From: Kiritimatiellia bacterium
GTDB lineage: Bacteria; Verrucomicrobiota; Kiritimatiellia; SLAD01
DNA: 39,064 nucleotides
NCBI GenBank assembly: GCA_007128275.1
Contig: SKXR01000038.1
Span: 1 to 39,064, forward strand
Reading direction: 5' to 3'
The notes under the pieces were generated by a model that had not been told where the DNA came from, made no database searches, and saw only the letters and a list, made by a program, of their open reading frames with translations. This document shows positions 16,289-24,662 of this stretch, piece by piece. Every line of letters starts with the position of its first letter. The first letter of the stretch is position 1. Made by a program: the position numbers and the translations under genes.

Positions 16289-16811
16289 CCGGGCCTCGTT
16301 GATGAAGGGCGTCCTGGCAAGCGGGCTGGGCCTGATCGCCGTATACGGGTTGCCCGGTTGTGTCGGGTATCAGTTGGGCTCCATGCTGCCACCCGACATT
16401 CAGACCGTCTATGTGCCCACGTTCATCAATGAAACCGAGGAGCCCCTCTTGGAAATCGAAACCACGCGGGCCGCCATCAGCGAGATTCAACGGGACGGCT
16501 CGTTGCGGATTGCTTCCGCCGACGAGGCCGACGCCCTGTTGACCGTGCGCCTTACGGGGTTCCGCCTGCAACCCCTCGCCTACGACAGGGACCGCCGCGC
16601 CGCCGCCGAGGAATACCGCATGTTCATCACCGCCTCGATCGTCCTGACCCGGCAATCCACGCAGGAAGTGATTGCGCGCAGCCCGCGCGTGACCGGAGAG
16701 GCCACGTTTTTCCTGTTGGGCGACATGACCAGCTCCAAGCAGGCCGCCCTGCCTGCCGCATCCCGGGACTTGGCCCACCTGATCATCAGCCAGATCGTCG
16801 AAGCCTGGTAA
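16278..16811 (+). CDS. lptE: LptE-like LPS-assembly lipoprotein
   Basis: The ATG at 16278 overlaps the end of the bamD-like gene by 11 nt. Lipobox LPGC is followed by VGYQLG, the C-G-Y/F-H/Q-L pattern of LptE. Length is about 177 aa. Confidence 0.55.
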   Translation: MRVNRASLMKGVLASGLGLIAVYGLPGCVGYQLGSMLPPDIQTVYVPTFINETEEPLLEIETTRAAISEIQRDGSLRIASADEADALLTVRLTGFRLQPLAYDRDRRAAAEEYRMFITASIVLTRQSTQEVIARSPRVTGEATFFLLGDMTSSKQAALPAASRDLAHLIISQIVEAW

Positions 16812-16852
16812 CGGCTTTCCGGCGGGGATTCGCAAGCCTTGGGGATACAGGG

Positions 16853-16887
16853 AAAAAACAAAACGCCGCGCCCCGTAAGGCACGACG
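16853..16887 (-). terminator. Intrinsic terminator downstream of rpsT
   Basis: The minus strand reads CGTCGTGCC-TTACGG-GGCGCGGCG (9-bp stem including 2 G-U pairs), followed by TTTTGTTTTTT. Confidence 0.6.
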
Positions 16888-16914
16888 TTCTAATCCGAAG
16901 GATTCAACAAACGG

Positions 16915-17178
16915 TTACACCAACGCGCGCATTTTGTTCGCAGCACGTGATTTGTAGCGCACGGTCGTGTTCTTCTTGAGGACATTGCGCTTGGCGGCCT
17001 TGTCCAGAATCGAGCAGTACTCGCTGAACGCCTGTTGCATCACGGTCTTGTCCTGTCCGGTCAAGGCTTCCAGGAAACGACGGCGATGACGCCGCACGCG
17101 GGAGCGGACGGCATAATTTTCACGACGCTGTCTTTCCGACACACGCATTCTTTTCTTCGCACTCTTCAGATTCGGCAT
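16915..17178 (-). CDS. rpsT: 30S ribosomal protein S20
   Basis: 87 aa: MPNLKSAKKRMRVSERQRRENYAVRSRVR...KNTTVRYKSRAANKM, a canonical S20 sequence. Confidence 0.95.
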   Translation of the reverse strand: MPNLKSAKKRMRVSERQRRENYAVRSRVRRHRRRFLEALTGQDKTVMQQAFSEYCSILDKAAKRNVLKKNTTVRYKSRAANKMRALV

Positions 17179-17292
17179 ATACGTAAACTCCAGTTCTTGC
17201 TATCCAGACAGTCCGGTCAAGATCCATCGTCAAAATGGAAACTTTCCCGGGATGAGGAACGGACATTGATCCGCAAATTCAAAAGTGGTGTA

Positions 17293-17320
17293 ATACTAGT
17301 CAGCGGGGCGATCAAGTCAA
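17293..17320 (-). promoter_or_regulatory. Putative sigma70-type promoter for rpsT
   Basis: The minus strand reads TTGACT (17320-17315), a 16-nt spacer, then TAGTAT (17298-17293). This would give a leader of about 105 nt. Confidence 0.35.
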
Positions 17321-17345
17321 CCCGCGTTTTCAACTATTTTTCGTA

Positions 17346-18620
17346 ATGCACAACGAACCGACACAGGGAGAGGCCCAACCGGTCTTTTGGGCCGACATGA
17401 TGGCCCGATGGCGAACCCTTCCGGCCCGGACCCGATGGCGCGTCGCACGCCGGGCCGGGGCCCATTTGCACGCGCTCTGGCGGAACAAGGTCGATATCGC
17501 CCGTTTGCCGTTGGAATTGACACGTTTTCATTGGTCCGGCCTGGAACCGCGATGGGTGGTCACCGAAGACAGTATCCGGCGTACCCGCTTCGTGCAAAGC
17601 CACGACCGGATCTGCCGGACATTGATCCGATGGCACCGGACCACAGGCCATGCGCTGACCCGCAAAGAGGCCGCGCTGTTTCTGGGCGGTTTCTTGAAAC
17701 AGGAGAAACTGGAAAAGCCGACCGTCCGTCAGCTTGCGAGGGAATTGGACGCGGACGGCGTGCAGCATCTGGCTTTGCGGCCGGGGAAGGAATACGCACG
17801 CGCCCTTCGCATGGAATCTGATTCCGCCGGGGGCCCGTATCGCGGGTATTGGGCCTCCGACCCCGGTTTGCCGGCCGCCTTGCTCGCCGCGGAAACCAAC
17901 CGTGCGGAACGGACCATGCCCCATCGTCCTCTCAAACAAGGACCGCGCATCACGGTCTTTCGCGCCGCGCTATATGGCAAGGACACCCTCGTTAAACGCT
18001 ACGACATCAACTCGTGGCCGGACCGGTTGCGGTATCTCCTGCGCACCAGCCGAGGGAGACGCGCCTGGGCGGTCGGCGAGACGTTTCGGATGCTGCAGAT
18101 TCCCACGCCGCGCCCCTTGGGTTATCTGGAGGTGCGCAAGCGCGGCCTGCCCTTGCGCAGTTATGTGTTCACGGAGTTCGAACGCGAATCGGATACCGCG
18201 CGCCGCTGGATCTGCCGACACTGGAGAAGGTCCGACGACACCGTAAAACGCGCTTTTCGCGCCGCGTTGCAGGACATGCTAAACACGCTGTATCGCGCCA
18301 ACATCTACCATGCGGACACCAAACTGGCCAACCTCATGGCGCGACCGGCGGACGGTTCCGCCGTACCGGACCTGATGTGGATCGATCTGGAATGCGTCCG
18401 GTTCGGCGTGCGCGCCACCGAACATCGCATGATCCGAAACCTCGTACAGATGAACGGATCCGTGCGCAACGCATGGATGACGGAAACCGAACGGCTCGTG
18501 TTTCTGCGCGAAATGGCCGAGACGTATCCGTTCCTTATGGATCCGCGAAACATCGACAAGATGCGGCGCTGGACCGTGGCCCGTTGGCACAAGGAGTTAC
18601 GCACACGATGCGGCCCCTGA
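17346..18620 (+). CDS. Two-part protein: an Arg/Trp-rich N-terminal region of unknown function plus a C-terminal lipopolysaccharide-kinase (Kdo/WaaP/InaA) family domain
   Basis: C-terminal half: LVKRYDINSWPDRLRYLLRTSRGRRAWAVGETFRMLQIPTPRPLGYLEVRKRG...SYVFTEF...NIYHADTKLANLMA...LMWIDLECVRF. This has the layout of the Kdo/WaaP kinase family, with an HxD..N catalytic loop and an IDxE metal site. The start is uncertain; the first 200 aa match no family I recognise. Confidence 0.6.
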   Translation: MHNEPTQGEAQPVFWADMMARWRTLPARTRWRVARRAGAHLHALWRNKVDIARLPLELTRFHWSGLEPRWVVTEDSIRRTRFVQSHDRICRTLIRWHRTTGHALTRKEAALFLGGFLKQEKLEKPTVRQLARELDADGVQHLALRPGKEYARALRMESDSAGGPYRGYWASDPGLPAALLAAETNRAERTMPHRPLKQGPRITVFRAALYGKDTLVKRYDINSWPDRLRYLLRTSRGRRAWAVGETFRMLQIPTPRPLGYLEVRKRGLPLRSYVFTEFERESDTARRWICRHWRRSDDTVKRAFRAALQDMLNTLYRANIYHADTKLANLMARPADGSAVPDLMWIDLECVRFGVRATEHRMIRNLVQMNGSVRNAWMTETERLVFLREMAETYPFLMDPRNIDKMRRWTVARWHKELRTRCGP

Positions 18621-19309
18621 AATGGCTGGTCGGACTGTTGCTGATCCCGGCCTGCGTGGGCGTCACCCAGTCCCTCGCGGGGCTGCTTGACGCGCTGTCC
18701 GGCGGCACCCTGCACGGCATTTCCGTAAGTGTGTGGGGATTGATACTCGGATCCCTCCTGTGGCTCTTCATGTACCTGGTCATGCCCCGCCCCGTCCGGA
18801 CCTATGTGCTGGCGCACGAATTGACCCACGCGCTGTGGGGCTGGGCGATGGGCGCAAAGATCAGCGGCATCAAGGTTTCCAAGAAGGGAGGACACGTCAA
18901 GCTGAACCGCACCAATTTCTTGATCACCTTGGCCCCCTATTTCTTCCCGTTCTACACCGTGCTCGTGATCCTGCTCCACCTCGGACTTAGTTTCTTCTAT
19001 GACATGCAACGATTTGAGCCCGTCTGGCTCGGTTGGGTCGGCCTCACATGGGCCTTTCATTTCACATTCACGCTCTCCACCCTTCGCACCCGCCAACCGG
19101 ACATTCAGGAACACGGAAAGCTCTTCTCCTACACCGTCATCTATCTGCTCAACGTCCTCGGCATTTGCCTCTGGATTGTTGCCATTTCAGACACCACATG
19201 GAACGCGTGGAGCATCGAACTTTGGTCGTTGGTGGGAGGAACCTACGAAGCATTGTGGGACCGACTCGTATACCACGTCGATGCGCTCTACCAAGGCTAC
19301 CTGCTGTAA
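18608..19309 (+). CDS. Polytopic membrane protein with an HExxH motif (peptidase M50B-like)
   Basis: The ATG at 18608 overlaps the kinase gene end by 13 nt. Several TM segments. HELTHALWGWAMGAKISGIKVSKKGGHVKL resembles the HExGHal...G..v..i.l...G pattern of M50B-like proteins. The upstream part of the track ORF (18014-18607) is out-of-frame overlap with the kinase gene. Confidence 0.6.
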   Translation: MRPLKWLVGLLLIPACVGVTQSLAGLLDALSGGTLHGISVSVWGLILGSLLWLFMYLVMPRPVRTYVLAHELTHALWGWAMGAKISGIKVSKKGGHVKLNRTNFLITLAPYFFPFYTVLVILLHLGLSFFYDMQRFEPVWLGWVGLTWAFHFTFTLSTLRTRQPDIQEHGKLFSYTVIYLLNVLGICLWIVAISDTTWNAWSIELWSLVGGTYEALWDRLVYHVDALYQGYLL

Positions 19310-19354
19310 GGCCGGATCGAGCGGCGGAGGACGAACGCCCCATCGCCTTATAGC

Positions 19355-20113
19355 CTAATCGGCGGGGCGGGCATCCAATGGGACCACGCGATCCCCCATC
19401 CATAACAGGTCACGGGTCACCCGGCGGCTGGAACGCCCGAACGAGAACACTTCGTCGGCCGACATCCGCGTGTACCGGAAGACCGCGTCCAGAATGACGG
19501 CCTGACCACTTTCAAAGGTCATCCCCTGAATGGAGGCGACCAGCTCATTCTCGGCATTCCACCAGTACAGAGCCCCATCGGCAATCACGAGTTCAATCTG
19601 TTCCCGCACGAAGCGGGTCCCCACAGGGGTCTCAAGCGGCAATTGAATCTCGAACCATTTCGCCAGGGCAACGGCGTCGCCATGGAAGAACGCGGGATGC
19701 CATTTCCCGGCTGGGTCCTGTTGGAATGAAAACAAGCCCCCGCGCATATGGACACGCCGTAACGCGTCCCTGCGGGGATGCAAAAAGCGCGACACACTCC
19801 AGTCGAGCCGGATTTCATCGATGGCCAGCCCCGCTCCATTCCGGCCTTCAAATCCTTCCGTTTCAATCCCCGCGACCACGAGCGAGAGGTTCGGATGAAG
19901 CCATACGCGCTCCACGGCGACCGGCAAATCCCACGCGTCGCGTAAGCGTTCCTCGACCATGTACCGAAATCCCTCCGTCCGCACCATGAAAAAGGCCGCC
20001 ACATAGAAAATGAGCGCAAGAGCCAACAGCGTAAGCAGGAAACGCGTCAACCCTCCAAGGCGATCAACGGCTGTTTCTTCTTCCATCTTCACTTGGCGAC
20101 GCCGCGCAGTCAT
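19355..20113 (-). CDS. Single-pass membrane-anchored protein, function unknown
   Basis: 252 aa with an N-terminal TM segment, LTRFLLTLLALALIFYVAAFFMV, 16 nt downstream of proC. The region after the TM segment loosely recalls AsmA/TamB-type N-termini. That is an impression only. Confidence 0.5.
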   Translation of the reverse strand: MTARRRQVKMEEETAVDRLGGLTRFLLTLLALALIFYVAAFFMVRTEGFRYMVEERLRDAWDLPVAVERVWLHPNLSLVVAGIETEGFEGRNGAGLAIDEIRLDWSVSRFLHPRRDALRRVHMRGGLFSFQQDPAGKWHPAFFHGDAVALAKWFEIQLPLETPVGTRFVREQIELVIADGALYWWNAENELVASIQGMTFESGQAVILDAVFRYTRMSADEVFSFGRSSRRVTRDLLWMGDRVVPLDARPAD

Positions 20114-20129
20114 GGGGGCACATTTTCCT

Positions 20130-20960
20130 TCACGTTCCGGACGAGAGTTCTTTCGCCCGCTGGTATGCGGCCATGATGGCCGTGACCAAGTGATCGTGTA
20201 CGTCTTCTTCCTGCATCACGGAGATGGCGGCAGCGGTGGTGCCGCCTTTGGACGTCACGCGTTCACGCAATTCGGCGGGAGACTGGCCCGTCTCCGTCAC
20301 CAAACGGGCCGCACCGGAGACCGTATGGACAATCAACAGGTCGGCGACCTGTTCGTCGAGTCCCAGCCGTTGCGCGGCTTCCTGCATGGCTTCCATGAGA
20401 TAGAACACATAGGCGGGGCCGCTCCCGCTGATGGCCGTGACGGCATCCATCTGTTCTTCCTCGACCCGAACCACCCTTCCTGTGGCGCCGAGCAGTCGTT
20501 CCGCCACGGACAAATCGGCTTCCGTCGCATGGACGCCGGGACAGATGGCCGCCACCCCTTTGCCGACCAGTGCCGGCGTGTTCGGCATGACGCGCACCAC
20601 GCGAACGCCCTCGCCTAAAGCCGCCTCGATACGGGCAAGCGGCACGCCGGCCGCAATACTGATAACGAGATGGCGATCCGTGATCGCCGGACGAATGGCC
20701 TCAAACACCTCCTGCATGCCTTGTGGCTTGACAGCCAACACCACCCAATCCGCTTGCCGCACAGCGGCGAGATTGTCGTCCGCTGCCTGCACCCCGTACG
20801 CGGCACGAAAATAGGCGCGGCGATCTTCCTGGATATCGGTCACCCGTATCCGGTTCGCGTCGGCCATTCCCTGCCGAAGCAATCCGCTGACCAACGCTTC
20901 CGTCATATTCCCCGCGCCGATGAAAGCGACCTGCTGTTCAATGGGCTTTGAGTCTTCCAT
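20130..20960 (-). CDS. proC: Pyrroline-5-carboxylate reductase
   Basis: 276 aa. Contains VAFIGAGNMTEALVSGL (NADP fold), VVRVMPNTPALVGKG and the C-terminal SKGGTTAAAI motif. Confidence 0.9.
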   Translation of the reverse strand: MEDSKPIEQQVAFIGAGNMTEALVSGLLRQGMADANRIRVTDIQEDRRAYFRAAYGVQAADDNLAAVRQADWVVLAVKPQGMQEVFEAIRPAITDRHLVISIAAGVPLARIEAALGEGVRVVRVMPNTPALVGKGVAAICPGVHATEADLSVAERLLGATGRVVRVEEEQMDAVTAISGSGPAYVFYLMEAMQEAAQRLGLDEQVADLLIVHTVSGAARLVTETGQSPAELRERVTSKGGTTAAAISVMQEEDVHDHLVTAIMAAYQRAKELSSGT

Positions 20961-20963
20961 GCT

Positions 20964-21665
20964 TCACCTCGTTCCGAACAAGTCCGTTCCCACACGCACC
21001 CACGTAGCGCCTTCTTCGATCGCAACCTCCAAATCGTGCGACATGCCCATGGACAACTCGTCCAAAGGGATCCCCGTATCGGCGCGCCATTGATCGCGCA
21101 ACGCGCGCAAGCGTTGAAAATGCGGACGGGCCTTCTCCGGGTCTTCCGTAAACGGAGGGATGGTCATCAGGCCCACGAGATCCACGTGCATCAGCCGGGT
21201 CGACGCCTCCAGGAGTTCGGGCACCTGTTCCGGGGTCAAACCGAACTTGGAAACTTCCCCGGACACGTTGACTTCAAGAAATAGCTGCATGGTGACGCCC
21301 GCGACTTCGGCGCCTTGATTGACGGCGTTCAGGAGTTTCAAGGAGTCCACGGAATGAATGGCTTCAAAGAGGTGAACCGCGAATTTGACCTTATTGGTTT
21401 GCAGATGGCCTACCAGATGCCAGCGCAGGTGTCCGGGCGATTCAGGAATCTTCGCACGCGCCTCCTGCACCTTGCTTTCACCCAGGAAAATGATTCCGGC
21501 ATTCGCCGCTTCGCGGATGCGTTCCGGACCGTGCCCTTTCGACACCGCCACAAGGTTCACATCGTCCCGAGCGCGGCCGGCCCGTTTGCAGGCGGCGTGA
21601 ATCCTTGCTTCGACGTTCTTCAACCGGTCTGAGAACGATTCGTCTTTATTTCCTGCTTCGGTCAT
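20964..21665 (-). CDS. yggS: YggS-family pyridoxal-phosphate homeostasis protein
   Basis: Start at ATG 21663-21665 (MTEAGNKDESFSDRLKNVEARI). Contains VNLVAVSKGHGPERIREA (PLP lysine), LRWHLVGHLQTNKVK and ELSMGMSHDLEVAIEEGATWVRVGTDLFG. Confidence 0.9.
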   Translation of the reverse strand: MTEAGNKDESFSDRLKNVEARIHAACKRAGRARDDVNLVAVSKGHGPERIREAANAGIIFLGESKVQEARAKIPESPGHLRWHLVGHLQTNKVKFAVHLFEAIHSVDSLKLLNAVNQGAEVAGVTMQLFLEVNVSGEVSKFGLTPEQVPELLEASTRLMHVDLVGLMTIPPFTEDPEKARPHFQRLRALRDQWRADTGIPLDELSMGMSHDLEVAIEEGATWVRVGTDLFGTR

Positions 21666-21741
21666 CACGATGAACAGTATATACTGCGTGCGACAGGGTA
21701 AAAGGAAATATACAGCACGGTTACAAAGGAGGGAACGCATC

Positions 21742-22026
21742 ATGACACAGGAAAAGATCCATATCGACGGCCAGGAAGCCGACGGCTACCTGATCCCCCT
21801 TCCAAGCTGCAACCTCGTGTTCATTACAAAGGGGAACAGCTTACTGGCTTGTGGCGCGGTGGATGCGATGGCCATGGACAAATTCAATGTGCCCACCGCC
21901 ACGATTTCGGGTGTCGCCACCGTGGACGATCTTCTGAACGGCGAGGTCAAAGCCGTGAACAAAGCCGCGGAAGCATTGGGTGTGGCGCCGGGCCTGTCCG
22001 GGCGGGACGCGCTCGCGAAACTCTGA
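21742..22026 (+). CDS. YunC-like DUF1805 protein
   Basis: ATG at 21742 preceded by AAGGAGGG. The 94-aa product contains NLVFITKGNSLLACGAVDAMAMDKF...ISGVATVDDLLNGEVKAVNKAAEALGVAPGLSGRDALAKL, which aligns well with my recollection of Bacillus YunC. Confidence 0.75.
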   Translation: MTQEKIHIDGQEADGYLIPLPSCNLVFITKGNSLLACGAVDAMAMDKFNVPTATISGVATVDDLLNGEVKAVNKAAEALGVAPGLSGRDALAKL

Positions 22027-22059
22027 CCTGAGCGAGCTCCGCGCGCGCGACGGGTGTAG

Positions 22060-22272
22060 CAGCCCGTTGAAAAACGAATGCGTGGATTGGAATCAGGGTG
22101 GCACAGGCGTCCCCGCCTGCCTATGGTGGAGAGAGCCAGACTGACAGAGAACGCCGGATACACCGCGCCCGTCATCATCACTAACGGCGGGCAGGTCGCC
22201 TGTGATTTCTTGCTCTTTGGGGAGGCTCAAGACACAGGCAAGATGCCTGTGTCACCCTTTTTCAACGGGCTG
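22060..22272 (+). other. 213-nt element closed by a 15-bp perfect stem: candidate structured small RNA, or alternatively a MITE-like element
   Basis: cagcccgttgaaaaa (22060-22074) is the exact reverse complement of tttttcaacgggctg (22258-22272). Internal helices: cacaggcg/cgcctgtg (22102/22197) with cctgcc/ggcagg, and the hairpin at 22231-22253. It lies between convergent genes. No Rfam family recognised. Confidence 0.35.
22231..22262 (+). terminator. Terminator-like hairpin plus T-run at the 3' end of the 213-nt element
   Basis: gacacaggca-aga-tgcctgtgtc (perfect 10-bp stem), followed by accc and ttttt. Confidence 0.4.
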
Positions 22273-22378
22273 ATAGAGAACGGCTCCGCCTGAGCCGATC
22301 GTGGAGGCACGACGCGCCGTGAGGCCTCGCCTTTGGTGACGGGAACATCATCCACAACGAACCGTCGCGCGGGGGGGG

Positions 22379-22416
22379 CGACGGAAAAATGTCACACGTG
22401 TGACATTTTTCCGTCG
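22379..22416. repeat. Perfect 38-nt palindrome (19-nt arms) centred on CACGTG
   Basis: cgacggaaaaatgtcacac|gtgtgacatttttccgtcg, preceded by a G8 run. It sits 73 nt downstream of the GT2 stop, in the convergent spacer. Confidence 0.9.
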
Positions 22417-22489
22417 TGCCTGGAACGGGCGGACGTGCAGGCATGGGGCCGGGCGCGGATACCCCTGGAGACGGGACGAGGCGCAGGAC

Positions 22490-23185
22490 TCAGGATACAA
22501 AACGGTATTTGACGATGCACCAGATGGCGCGGAACCCGTCTTTCCAGGTGATCTTCTTCCCTTGGGCGTAACTGCGACCGTAGTAGGAGATGGGCACTTC
22601 ATACATCACCCAGTCCCCCCGTGACACTTTCGCCGTGATTTCCGGTTCAAATCCGAACCGGTTCTCTTTGATCTCCACCGTGTCCAACACCTCTTTCTTG
22701 AAGACCTTGTAGCAGACTTCCATGTCTGTGAGATTGATGTTGGTCATCATGTTCGACAGGGTCGTGAGAAATTTATTGCCGAGGTAATGCCAGTAATAGA
22801 CCACGCGATGCGGGCCGCCCCCCAGAAAGCGAGAGCCGTAAACGACATCGGCATGGCCGTTCAGAATGGGCCCAAGCAACTGCGGATACTCGTTGGGGTC
22901 GTATTCCAGATCGGCGTCCTGAATGATGACAATATCGCCGGTGGCCGTCTTGAACCCGGTCCGCAAAGCCGCGCCCTTGCCCTGGTTCACGTTGTGGTAG
23001 GCGAACTTCCAGGCGGGTTGCTCTTCTGCGAGCTTCTTCATCACATCGCGCGTGCCATCCTGCGAACAGTCGTCCACAAGCACAATTTCCTTTTCCATGC
23101 CGACGTCAACGCTGTTCACCTTGTTCACCAGTTCTTCCAGCGTGGCGGCCTCGTTGTAGACGGGTATGACGATGGATAGTTTCAT
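22490..23185 (-). CDS. Family 2 glycosyltransferase (polyprenyl-phosphate sugar transferase-like, soluble form)
   Basis: 231 aa containing [41 protein letters not shown] and [13 protein letters not shown] (DxD). Confidence 0.85.
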   Translation of the reverse strand: MKLSIVIPVYNEAATLEELVNKVNSVDVGMEKEIVLVDDCSQDGTRDVMKKLAEEQPAWKFAYHNVNQGKGAALRTGFKTATGDIVIIQDADLEYDPNEYPQLLGPILNGHADVVYGSRFLGGGPHRVVYYWHYLGNKFLTTLSNMMTNINLTDMEVCYKVFKKEVLDTVEIKENRFGFEPEITAKVSRGDWVMYEVPISYYGRSYAQGKKITWKDGFRAIWCIVKYRFVS

Positions 23186-23333
23186 AAAGCCCCACGTGTT
23201 CTTGTCCGGATGTGATATGCGCCGTCTATATAGGCAAAAGAACCCTTCGCATGCAAAGAAAAGATTTCATGAGGGGAACGGTTCGGGAAGGGCGCTGTAT
23301 GTGGTCAACCGTCGCTGATTCCGTGACACCCCG

Positions 23334-24662
23334 CTAGAGGGTGGGTTGATGGAAGCGGAGTCGCACCTCGATTTCCCGGGTCTCGCCTCCCGGGATACGC
23401 GGCGTCATCCGGATCCAGCCGCCGTCCAGCTCGTACTCCTCCGAAGCGCGTTGCACGTCCCATGTCAGGGTCAGGGGGGGGCGCTCGTGAATCTCCAAGG
23501 CGATGGCGCGCGGGCGCTGGTTCTCGACGGTCAGTTGGAACGTTTCCTCGTAATGACCGAACTGCAATTCGGTCCGCCGCACGCTCCGCCGCATACCCAG
23601 CACATCTTCCGCCTTCCCGAGATGAACCCGGATCTCCCGGTTCATCGGCGTATGCGGCAGAAAGCCGGGCAAACGCATCGTTCTACGAGTGACTCCGTGA
23701 AATACCTCGACGGGGCCCGGGGGCAAGATCCACCCCAATCGGTTGGCAGCGGTGTTCTTGAACACCAAATACTGATGCAGGGGGCGAAAGGCGCCCGTCA
23801 TACTCAACGCGACCTCCGTCGAATCCATCACGTAGAGCCGGGACGCGGGGATGCGGTGGGACGCAATGAAATGAACCTCGGTTTCCGCATGGGACGGGAT
23901 GTTTACGCGACGCGGCATGCGATAGACGAACTCAGGCGGCGGATCCACATCCTGGGCTTTCCACAAATCCGCCAAGGGCGTATCGGCCAACATCAAGAAC
24001 CCGGCCCGGCGTTCCGGTTCGCGCGGCAACCGGGGATCCGCTCCCACGAGCCGAACCAGCGTATTGGTGAACGAGCGACCGGTCGGATTGTCTATCCGCA
24101 CGAACCCGGTCAGGTCGAGTGCCACGCTCTCGTCCAATCCGTCCGGTTCACCGCGAATGAAGACCTGGTAGTAAGAGGTCCACTGCATGCCCTCGACGCG
24201 ATACACGACTTCCAACGAGCGCGCGCCGCCCACCGGAATACGGACCCGGCACCGGACCGGCCCATCCTTACGCGAGAAAGACGCTTGCGCCGACGGGGTC
24301 GCCGCGCCATGGATCACGCCATCGGGCGTGATGATCAACGACTCGGCATCCGACGGTGCAACCGTCGACCCGGCGCCGCGATCCACACGTTGCCAGTCCA
24401 GTACGTCCACAGGAAGGCGGCGCGTGCGGATCGTCAACGACGATAGGTCCGCCTGCTCCGGGATGCCCTCCAAGAGGAGATCCTGCTCGCCGGGCGCCAA
24501 ATCAAAGCGGCGCATTTCGCGCACCACGGCCCACCCCTCGCCTATGGTGAGCGTCGTTTCAATCGGTTGTTGCGCCGATACGGAGAGGCAAATGCTCGAC
24601 CAGAACATGGCCGAGCCGATGAGCAACAACGCCATACCCGTGAATGGACGCAGCCCCGTCAT
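23334..24662 (-). CDS. Secreted DUF4139-type (MuiA-like) protein, paralogue 2
   Basis: Start at ATG 24660-24662 (MTGLRPFTGMALLLIGSAMFWSSICLSVSAQQ). The track start at 24674 is a TTG. N-terminal block TIGEGWAVVREMRRFDLAPGEQDLLLEGIPEQADLSSLTIRT. C-terminal block TFQLTVENQRPRAIALEIHERPP...REIEVRLRF. Confidence 0.7.
   Translation of the reverse strand: MTGLRPFTGMALLLIGSAMFWSSICLSVSAQQPIETTLTIGEGWAVVREMRRFDLAPGEQDLLLEGIPEQADLSSLTIRTRRLPVDVLDWQRVDRGAGSTVAPSDAESLIITPDGVIHGAATPSAQASFSRKDGPVRCRVRIPVGGARSLEVVYRVEGMQWTSYYQVFIRGEPDGLDESVALDLTGFVRIDNPTGRSFTNTLVRLVGADPRLPREPERRAGFLMLADTPLADLWKAQDVDPPPEFVYRMPRRVNIPSHAETEVHFIASHRIPASRLYVMDSTEVALSMTGAFRPLHQYLVFKNTAANRLGWILPPGPVEVFHGVTRRTMRLPGFLPHTPMNREIRVHLGKAEDVLGMRRSVRRTELQFGHYEETFQLTVENQRPRAIALEIHERPPLTLTWDVQRASEEYELDGGWIRMTPRIPGGETREIEVRLRFHQPTL

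Noticed and set aside
22143-22162. gacagagaacgccggataca resembles the ACAGAAcccGGCUUA conserved region of RNase P RNA
   Set aside because: The element is only ~213 nt and lacks the GGAAAGUCC region and the other universally conserved RNase P blocks. The resemblance is probably coincidental.
22060-22272. Retron msr-msd-like layout (terminal inverted repeats a1/a2 around a structured ~200-nt core)
   Set aside because: There is no reverse transcriptase gene in the window. The neighbours are a yunC-like gene and a convergent GT2.
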